A DNA stretch of 64,000 nt from the IMG/VR virus record IMGVR_UViG_3300028840_004217, positions 1 through 64,000 of that record; one strand, given 5' to 3'. Origin of the DNA: a virus. The translations under genes were made by a program, and so were the position numbers. The notes beneath the pieces are model-generated. The model searched no databases. It was given only the letters and a program-made list of their open reading frames with translations, and was not told where the DNA came from. Shown in pieces: positions 57,410 to 64,000 of this stretch. Each line of letters starts with the position of its first letter. The first letter of the stretch is position 1.

Positions 57410-58528
57410 TCACGAAACCCTCCCCATGCAGGCGTCATTGAAATACTTCAGGTCGTCATAGGCCAGTGGGTATTTCTCTCCGTAGTGCGCGTCCGTCATC
57501 GAGTTGATGATGAACTTGATGTCGCGCACCGACCCTATGAGGCGGCACATCGACCACGGGATGATCAGGCGGTCCGTCCGCGTGTCCTCGCCGTGCATGC
57601 CCTGTATGCCGAGCGTGGTGTGCTCGAACTGCAACGCGCTGTCGTGATCGAGGGGTACGTGCACCCACCGCACCCACTGGTCTTTGGGAGCCTCCAGGAT
57701 CGGAAGGGGGCTGGCCCGCTTGTTCCAGATCGGATCGACCATGAACACGGTATGCAGGCACCGGTTCATCTGCTGGAGCAGTTCGAGGTACAGCATCTTG
57801 TGCGGCTCGAACAGGAATGACTTCGCCGGACAGCCGGGGTTGACGCGCTTGGTCTCGAAGAACTCGACCCTGCCGTTCACGATGGCCACGCCGTCCACGT
57901 CGGCGGGCCACCCGCAGTACCACGGGTGGAGGACGTGATACACGAACAGCCTGTTGTGTATCAGGCTTTCACGCTCCGCGTCGTCCAGCTTGGTCAGCAC
58001 CGTTTCGAGGGCGGTAATACGCTGGTCCTCGGTGCGGTCCTTCTCCTCATGCTGTCGGGCGCCCTCCCACGGGCGCACCAGGGGCCGGTGATCTCTGGTC
58101 AGCCTGTAGGTCGTCAGAAGCTGGTCGATGGGCATTTTGTCCTCCCACCCTCCGTTCTGGTACAGGCGGCCTGTGAAGTCCTTCCGCTTCGCGTCGTACT
58201 GCGCGGCTACGACGACCTGGTTGTACTGTGACAGGGTGCGGGCCACGTGGGAATCGACCTGCATACGCCACGGCTCCGTCTTGGTGACGACGCGGAACCA
58301 GTACCGGGGCGGGCCGTCCTTCTCGTCGGGCATGTAATACCAGTTCGACGATACCAGGGACCCGTCGCCCACGGCGACGGCCAGGGACCGCAGGAACACG
58401 TCCTCGAATAGGAATGATTCGAGTCGCCGGCAGTTCTCATGCTGGAGCAGCTTGCGGGCGTCGTAGTGGCTGGCCGGGTCGAACTTGCCGTCCCTGAACT
58501 CCTGTATCACGTCACGCAGGGTATTCAT
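57410..58528 (-). CDS. putative PD-(D/E)XK nuclease-like protein
   Basis: WPADVDGVAIVNGRVEFFETKR fits the D...ExK core; GGAGG RBS. Confidence 0.5.
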   Translation of the reverse strand: MNTLRDVIQEFRDGKFDPASHYDARKLLQHENCRRLESFLFEDVFLRSLAVAVGDGSLVSSNWYYMPDEKDGPPRYWFRVVTKTEPWRMQVDSHVARTLSQYNQVVVAAQYDAKRKDFTGRLYQNGGWEDKMPIDQLLTTYRLTRDHRPLVRPWEGARQHEEKDRTEDQRITALETVLTKLDDAERESLIHNRLFVYHVLHPWYCGWPADVDGVAIVNGRVEFFETKRVNPGCPAKSFLFEPHKMLYLELLQQMNRCLHTVFMVDPIWNKRASPLPILEAPKDQWVRWVHVPLDHDSALQFEHTTLGIQGMHGEDTRTDRLIIPWSMCRLIGSVRDIKFIINSMTDAHYGEKYPLAYDDLKYFNDACMGRVS

Positions 58529-58537
58529 CAGTCCTCC

Positions 58538-58708
58538 TGTGGTTTGGTTTGGCTCGCATCACTTTACTCCGCGGAACGCTGCGACGGTGCGCGTTGGTCT
58601 GCGTGGAATGTGCTTGGCATTGCGCCGCTCCGGTCCGCCGTGCTTCGGTAGACATGGCAGGGTAGGGCAGTGGTACGCGACGCGTGAGTTGACATTGGTT
58701 TGCTCCGA
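58538..58708 (-). repeat. 5-nt periodic array E (34 pentamers, one 1-nt slip)
   Basis: + strand tgtgg tttgg tttgg ctcgc...; NNYGS register. Confidence 0.8.
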
Positions 58709-58712
58709 ATGA

Positions 58713-59000
58713 TCATCTGGTGATCGCTTTTCTCAACATCGCCATCTCGACTTCGAGCAGAATGACCTTTTCTACGAGTTTCGTTATACCCGACACCCGC
58801 ATCGGTTCTCCCGGCTTCAACTCGTATTCATCTATGAAAGCATTGATCGCTCGGTAGGCGTCGGCCTCCGTGGGTTGCGTCGGACCGGACAGGACATCGA
58901 GGGCCTTGCCGGTACCGACTGTCACCGCGCCCGTGAGCAGGTTCTTCAGAAAGGCCCGGCGTTCGGTGATGTCTTCATCGGTGAACATGATCTTGCGCAT
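58713..59000 (-). CDS. hypothetical protein between arrays
   Basis: GAGG RBS, MRKIMFTDED...; the ORF-track extension to 59204 is array sequence. Confidence 0.6.
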   Translation of the reverse strand: MRKIMFTDEDITERRAFLKNLLTGAVTVGTGKALDVLSGPTQPTEADAYRAINAFIDEYELKPGEPMRVSGITKLVEKVILLEVEMAMLRKAITR

Positions 59001-59010
59001 TGTAGATACC

Positions 59011-59136
59011 TCTGCTGTGGTTCGGTCAGCCCTGGAAAGGTCATGGTTGGCCTTGGTTTGGCACGCTATACAACGGGATGGTGCGCGAAACAGTGAAACG
59101 CTCCGGTTGGCTTCGGGTAGGTATGGCGTGCCGTGA
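59011..59136 (-). repeat. 5-nt periodic array D2 (25 pentamers)
   Basis: tctgc tgtgg ttcgg tcagc cctgg aaagg t catgg ttggc cttgg... Confidence 0.8.
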
Positions 59137-59167
59137 ACGCTGTATGTTGTCCTCCGTTCCTCCGATG

Positions 59168-59337
59168 TCCGCTTCGCTTGGGATTGCTCCGCTTTGGCGT
59201 GCAAAGCGCCGCAGCACTGCGCGAGGCCGAGGCTTGGTTATCTGCGCGTTGCCGGGGGCAGCTCTGATGTGCTCAGGTGCGCGTGGTTTCACTTTGGCGT
59301 GGACAGCTCCGCAAGGCAAAGGGGAGCGGAGGTACGT
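59168..59337 (-). repeat. 5-nt periodic array D1 (34 pentamers)
   Basis: tccgc ttcgc ttggg attgc tccgc tttgg cgtgc... in unbroken register, starting right after the stop codon of the Cas7-like gene. Confidence 0.8.
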
Positions 59338-59339
59338 TG

Positions 59340-59897
59340 TCATTTGCCCGGCTTCAGTATCACCGGCTCCCACCCCACGACGAGGAAACGACCGAAGGAG
59401 CCTTTCTTGGCGGGCCGGTATGCGCCGACACCCACCAGGCGGCCTGAGTCGTCGACCACCTTCTTCAACTGCTGCTCAGTGATCAGCTCGTCGTCGTACT
59501 CTACCTGGAATTTCAAACGCCACTCGTCGAAGCGCGGCCTGTAGCACCAGACCCTGCCGCCGCCTATGAACTTGTTGACGACGGTGCGCTCGTCGATGGC
59601 ATACTCGGTGACGCCCAGGAACAGCTTCTCGGGCGTGATGAAGATGCAGGCCGCGGCGATCTTGGCGAGGGTGGCGCGGCCCTTGCCCTTGCTGTAGGCC
59701 CCGCCGTCGATCACGCACCGCTTCACGTTCTCTGCGGGCACGTACAGCTCCTGCGTGTCCTCGTCGCGGTAGGCGGCGTGTTCGGCCTGTTCGTCTTTGG
59801 GCAGTTTGTCGAAGTTCTCGATGGGCTGTGAGGGAAAAGCGTGCATCAGCAACCCTGGCGGCAATCCTCTGATTTCAACATCGACTTTCGCTATCAT
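59340..59897 (-). CDS. solo Cas7/RAMP-like RNA-binding protein
   Basis: N-terminal strand VEIRGLPPGLLMH, LYVPAENVKRC (cf. RAMP YIPxxxxKG), RPRFDEW, C-terminal Gly-rich loop GRLVGVGAYRPAKKGSFGRF. Confidence 0.75.
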   Translation of the reverse strand: MIAKVDVEIRGLPPGLLMHAFPSQPIENFDKLPKDEQAEHAAYRDEDTQELYVPAENVKRCVIDGGAYSKGKGRATLAKIAAACIFITPEKLFLGVTEYAIDERTVVNKFIGGGRVWCYRPRFDEWRLKFQVEYDDELITEQQLKKVVDDSGRLVGVGAYRPAKKGSFGRFLVVGWEPVILKPGK

Positions 59898-59910
59898 GGT
59901 GCGGTACCTC

Positions 59911-60040
59911 CTGGCGGTGGTTCGGTTTGGTGTGATCTGCGTTGCGCAGGATCACAGGGGTTGGCAGAACAAAGGTACGTCTGGCTTTGCTGTACATTGG
60001 TTTGCGTTGCCGTTGATCGCGACGGCAGGCCGCGCTGTGA
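59911..60040 (-). repeat. 5-nt periodic array C (26 pentamers)
   Basis: ctggc ggtgg ttcgg tttgg tgtga tctgc gttgc...; ends at the RBS of the Cas7-like gene. Confidence 0.8.
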
Positions 60041-60081
60041 TCGTATGATTTATGTCATGTGGTCGCTCCCCCCTCTCGGAC

Positions 60082-60402
60082 TGTGCTTTGGCAGGCGTCG
60101 GTCGGGCCAGCGTAGGCTTGCAGCGACATGGCCTGGAACGCTTTGACGTGCTCGGCAATACTCTGCTTGGATACGCAATGATTGAGTTGGCAATGAAAGG
60201 CTTCGCTCGGCTTCGCTGATCGTGGCCTTGCCGTGGCACGCCACGCAATGCGATGCGTCTGCCGTGGCACGCGACGCTTTGGTTCTCTATGCACTGGTAT
60301 GGCGTACTCCGCTGTGGCTGTCGTTGGGACGCTTTGCTTTGCAGGTCTATGAATAGGTTGGCACTGCTGCGTTTCGGGGTGCAGCGCATTGTTACGCTAC
60401 GC
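60082..60402 (-). repeat. 5-nt periodic array B (35+29 pentamers, 1-nt slip at 60257)
   Basis: G at pentamer position 4 in 32 of the first 35 units (manual count). Confidence 0.85.
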
Positions 60403-60858
60403 ATCGTAATCCTCATGATCTTCAAGGTCTCCGAGAACCCGGCGACGCTGTTCACGGAGAATCCAGCCCTTCAACGACAGACCCTCCGGTATGGCACCCG
60501 TCGCTTTCAGCGCGTCGTATTCCTGTATCGTTTCCTTCCGGTGTATATCGGCCCACGAATCGACCGTGTGGTCCTTCGGTATCTCGCCGGCACGCTGCGC
60601 CGCCAGAAAACTCACGAAGGTGCGGACCCGGTTCGACACCTGTTCTACGGACAGGCCGGGCGGCAGGCACGTCTGCGCGCACATGTAGCCGACTTCATCA
60701 TCCGCCTGAAACCGGGTCCAGCCGCTTTCCACGTTCGGGTCGCTCTGTTGCTCCCGCCCGCAGACGCCGCACCGCATCATCTCACCGGAGAACAGGCCGG
60801 TGGAGAAGGTGGGTTTCGATTTCCGTTTCTTCTTTTTCCTGCGTTTCGGCTTGATCAC
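60397..60858 (-). CDS. hypothetical protein (basic N terminus, CxxC) between arrays
   Basis: GGGAG RBS plus GTG; KPKRRKKKKRK...CGVCG...CAQTC. Confidence 0.6.
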   Translation of the reverse strand: MIKPKRRKKKKRKSKPTFSTGLFSGEMMRCGVCGREQQSDPNVESGWTRFQADDEVGYMCAQTCLPPGLSVEQVSNRVRTFVSFLAAQRAGEIPKDHTVDSWADIHRKETIQEYDALKATGAIPEGLSLKGWILREQRRRVLGDLEDHEDYDA

Positions 60859-60877
60859 TATGTACTCCCGTCTGAAC

Positions 60878-61012
60878 TGTGGTTTGCAGTACTCGGCTTT
60901 ACCTCGCATATCAAGACGTCGGATCGCCAAACACCGCCCTGCTATGGCCTGCTTTGCTCGGGTTCGCCATGCTGCTCTATGCTACGCAAAGCGTCACCGC
61001 GCTATGCCCCGC
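60878..61012 (-). repeat. 5-nt periodic array A (27 pentamers)
   Basis: Minus strand gcggg gcata gcgcg gtgac gcttt gcgta gcata ... gcaaa ccaca; exactly 135 nt in register. Confidence 0.85.
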
Positions 61013-61284
61013 AAAAGTTCACCTGGGCTGGCCTCGACCAGCATCACTGTAATCACAAGTCAATAACTTCATCCTGGGGTGTCAGGTCCTCCAGCACCAC
61101 GTCGGGCGGCTGGCTGTATACCCCCTCACCCGCCGTCAGCTTCCACAGGGTGTCCTCGAAGGTCACATAGACACTTCGATTGTTGTTCACCTGGAGGGCA
61201 TTGAACACCTTGCCGCATACCTGGTGAAAGTTCTTCTTGGCGGCTTCGAGCGCGTTCAGCATTTCAAAATACTCTTTGGCGAGT

Positions 61285-62736
61285 TCAGGAGTCAGCATCA
61301 GCCGTTGCCTCCGTGAACGGGTCGATCCTGCCGCCCGCGATCTCACGCCACCCTATGTTCTCCTTCACCGCCGCCTGTACCGTGTCATACAGCCACGACA
61401 GGATCGAATGACGATGTGCGCCCCAGAAGGCGGCCCTGTTCTTCTGGCCCTCCTCCAGACACGCCTGGCATACGCCCAACCTATGGTGGTCGGGCCGGTC
61501 GGGGTTGTCGTCCGGAAACGACAGCAAGCCCACGGACGGATCCCCGCAGCCGGTGCAGGGGCGCGTGATGATGAACTCGTACACCCTCGCCGTCAGGTCG
61601 CCTTCATAGGGTATGTCCTGAAAGGTGATGGCCTGCGCGGGTCGCGCCGGTTCCTGCTCGTCCTCACCGTCGGGTGACGTGACGTGGCTGAAGATGACGC
61701 CCGGTTCAATCTCCTCGGCCAGGGGCACGCCCTCCAGGGAGAACTGCGCGATGGCCCCGGCGACCTCCGTTCGGTATTCCTCCGGTATGCCGTGGTCCTT
61801 GTATTTCACCAGCGCATCCTTGGCCACTTCGAGGGACCGGATGAGGTGGTCCACCTGTGCGTCACGCCCACCCACCTTGTCGGCCTGCTTCGGGTCGGTG
61901 ATCGGGTCGGGTGCGCCGAGCAGCCTGTGGCGGTTCCGTACGGACGTCCAGGTGCGGGAGAACCCCGCCGCCTCCAGGTTGTCCAGGAGGCCCAGGGCGT
62001 CGTTCCACGTGCCGAAGTCGTTGGCGAAGTCCACGGCCTGATACAGACTCTGGCGGTGGAGCTGCGCGTCGGCGGCGAACTGGTTGACCACGTTGTCACC
62101 GTAGGCCCCCAGGCGTCCGCCGTCCTTCCGGTACTCCAGGAGGACGGAACCGACCATCCAGTATCCTTCGACCAGCATTTCCTGTCCGTTGCGTATGCGG
62201 CGCACACCGTCGCGACACCGTTTGCACATCTCGGCCCACGCTTCTGTTTCCGTCAGTTTGGGCAGCAGTTGATCAGGAGTCGTCACTTTTTCTTTCCTTT
62301 CTGAGCGCGGCCGTTCCAGTTCTATCGTTTCAATGATCTGCTCGGTCCCTCCGGTTTGACCGAGTTTACCTTCACAGAATTGATACTTCTTGGCTTTATA
62401 TCTACCGTCGATCTGCACGCTGCCTTGTCCCAGGCCGTACCGTTTACCGGTGACGCCGCAGCGTTTACACCGCATCTTGTCATAGCCGCCGGCCTCCGTG
62501 ACCAGCGACGTTTTTTCCCACTCATGCGGTGTCTCGTCAGCCCCGCTGTACAGAACGATCTTGAGGGGCTTGCGTCTGTTCTCCCCTGGCCGCAGGGTTT
62601 GGTTAAAATGACTGAACATCGTCATGGCGTCCGTCGTGGCGGATTCCTGACTCGTCACCTGCATCTCCTCCTCGACGGGTGTTCCTATCGGCTTGTTGTC
62701 GTCATCAAGTTTGGTGTACGTCACCACCGCTTTCAT
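61285..62736 (-). CDS. multidomain hypothetical protein with a DUF1016-N-like HTH region and zinc fingers
   Basis: YWMVG...YGDNVVNQFAAD...SLYQAVDFA; CKRCG; CTGCG...CQAC. Confidence 0.5.
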   Translation of the reverse strand: MKAVVTYTKLDDDNKPIGTPVEEEMQVTSQESATTDAMTMFSHFNQTLRPGENRRKPLKIVLYSGADETPHEWEKTSLVTEAGGYDKMRCKRCGVTGKRYGLGQGSVQIDGRYKAKKYQFCEGKLGQTGGTEQIIETIELERPRSERKEKVTTPDQLLPKLTETEAWAEMCKRCRDGVRRIRNGQEMLVEGYWMVGSVLLEYRKDGGRLGAYGDNVVNQFAADAQLHRQSLYQAVDFANDFGTWNDALGLLDNLEAAGFSRTWTSVRNRHRLLGAPDPITDPKQADKVGGRDAQVDHLIRSLEVAKDALVKYKDHGIPEEYRTEVAGAIAQFSLEGVPLAEEIEPGVIFSHVTSPDGEDEQEPARPAQAITFQDIPYEGDLTARVYEFIITRPCTGCGDPSVGLLSFPDDNPDRPDHHRLGVCQACLEEGQKNRAAFWGAHRHSILSWLYDTVQAAVKENIGWREIAGGRIDPFTEATADADS

Positions 62737-63208
62737 CAGTGACTCCTCTCGATTCTATCAGGCGTATTGTGTTCATGATGATCGCGGCCAGTTGGTCATC
62801 TATCTCAAATCGCTCGAAACACTTCTCTGCCGACTTGAGGATATTCCCGTTGCGGTTGCGCAGGGCGGCGGCGCACCAGTCGCAGACCATCTCGGTCACG
62901 TCGATCAACGTCATGTCCCACACGCCGTTTTCAAAGTGCTCCGGATGATGACGCGAGTGTGCGTTGTGATGATCGATGGCGGGCCGTATGCTGGCAAGCT
63001 GTGCCCGGTATTCGGGTGAGCCGTACTCCGTGCCCTTCATCAGAGGCGTCACCCTGGCGAACGCGGACATCTCGGGTTCGAGCAGCTTGGTCGCGTCATG
63101 CGTTTCACCGCGCACGATCAGGTGGGCGATGACGTGGTTCAGCCGCTTCTGCACTTCGCGGACGTGCTGCAGGGTCTCGAAATGCACGGCCTTCTGTTCT
63201 TCAGTCAT
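62705..63208 (-). CDS. DUF5662 (HD-like) protein
   Basis: HVREV...HDATKL...HHNAHSRHHPEHF...EMVCDW. Confidence 0.8.
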   Translation of the reverse strand: MTEEQKAVHFETLQHVREVQKRLNHVIAHLIVRGETHDATKLLEPEMSAFARVTPLMKGTEYGSPEYRAQLASIRPAIDHHNAHSRHHPEHFENGVWDMTLIDVTEMVCDWCAAALRNRNGNILKSAEKCFERFEIDDQLAAIIMNTIRLIESRGVTDESGGDVHQT

Positions 63209-64000
63209 GTGACACCTCTCAAAATTCAGGCCAGATCAAGTTGTCCTCCCAGGTAGGCAAGGCCACCACGACATCGCTGCCAAGCGGTTCAGCGTACAGG
63301 CACTGAATGTAAAACCAGTTGACAGGCTTGCCCCGTTTCCAGTAATCATACTGTGCGGTCATAGCGGGTCCTATGAACACTTCACCCTGCGTCATAGTGT
63401 TTTATACCTCCCCTGTTGCGTTCGTCCGTTAGACTGCGTGTTTGGGGCCCGGTGCGCGGAGCCTGTGTCAAGCAGAACCTGTTATCGCGCACCGGGCTGA
63501 CAATCCCCCGTTTGCTTCATAGGCAGCCTCCTCTCTGTCTCATAGTGCATCCGAATCAGTCGAGCAAATTCAAAGCCTGTGGCGGCACGCGGCGCAGGAA
63601 CGGACGGATGCCGCAGTGGGGACACGGGTCGGAGATGAGGTCCAGCCCGCCGAACTTGCGCTGGACGGTCAGGACCGTCCCTGCCGGTACCCGTATCTGG
63701 CCCGTCTGCAAATCGCGGGTCGCCACGACGCGCCGCCCTTTAAGCTGCGCCTCCGTCATCTTGCGGTACCAGTTCGTGTTGTTCAAACCCAGAATCCTCC
63801 CTGTCGTTGTTCGGCGCGCCGCTCGGACCGCAGGAACGACTGCATCCAGGAGCCCATCCAGCACTTCTCGTTCTCACGGTTGAGCGCGTACTTGTACCGT
63901 TGGTGCAGCCGGGCGATCTCCTTCAGGTTGTCCTCGCAGATGTCCGGCCAGATGTCGAAATAAATCGTATCGTATTTGATACTTCTGTCACGGTCCCACT

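Noticed and set aside
59952-60455. ORF-track ORFs over the arrays (59952-60455, 60050-60244, 60055-60294, 59041-59373, 58485-58712 etc.)
   Set aside because: Low-complexity R/S/A/Q/C translations on both strands, no RBS, explained by the pentamer pattern.
58538-61012. Classical CRISPR array next to the Cas7-like gene
   Set aside because: No 25-40-bp direct repeats with spacers and no other cas genes; the pattern is 5-nt periodic instead.
63450-63500. Additional promoter (TTGACA) inside a long hairpin
   Set aside because: No -10 element at 16-18 bp spacing.

Overview
GC-rich segment of a long-tailed (siphovirus-like) dsDNA phage. No capsid, portal, terminase, integrase, rRNA, tRNA or CRISPR array was recognised in the window. 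The + strand carries (i) a modification-enzyme cluster: DUF5131, three glycosyltransferases, three radical-SAM enzymes (one with a mini-intein inside its CxxxCxxC motif), two methyltransferases, and sulfotransferase-like and HAD proteins; (ii) neck/tail genes: head closure, tail terminator, tail tube, frameshifting chaperone, HK97-gp10-like, tape measure and tail tip; (iii) a holin region containing a stand-alone response regulator. The - strand carries cassettes of small early-type genes, each started by a near-identical sigma70 promoter (TTGACA-17-TATATT, 7 copies). Most notable: a solo Cas7/RAMP-like gene (59340-59897) embedded in six intergenic blocks (about 210 pentamers) with strict 5-nt periodicity, just upstream of a PD-(D/E)XK-like gene, which is a candidate RNA-guided system using non-contiguous guides. 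Also seen: a four-copy covarying four-way-junction RNA motif, a hammerhead-like ribozyme, a stand-alone Hint/intein-like protein and a 61-bp inverted repeat pair 33.6 kb apart. All family calls are by-eye motif recognition, not database searches.
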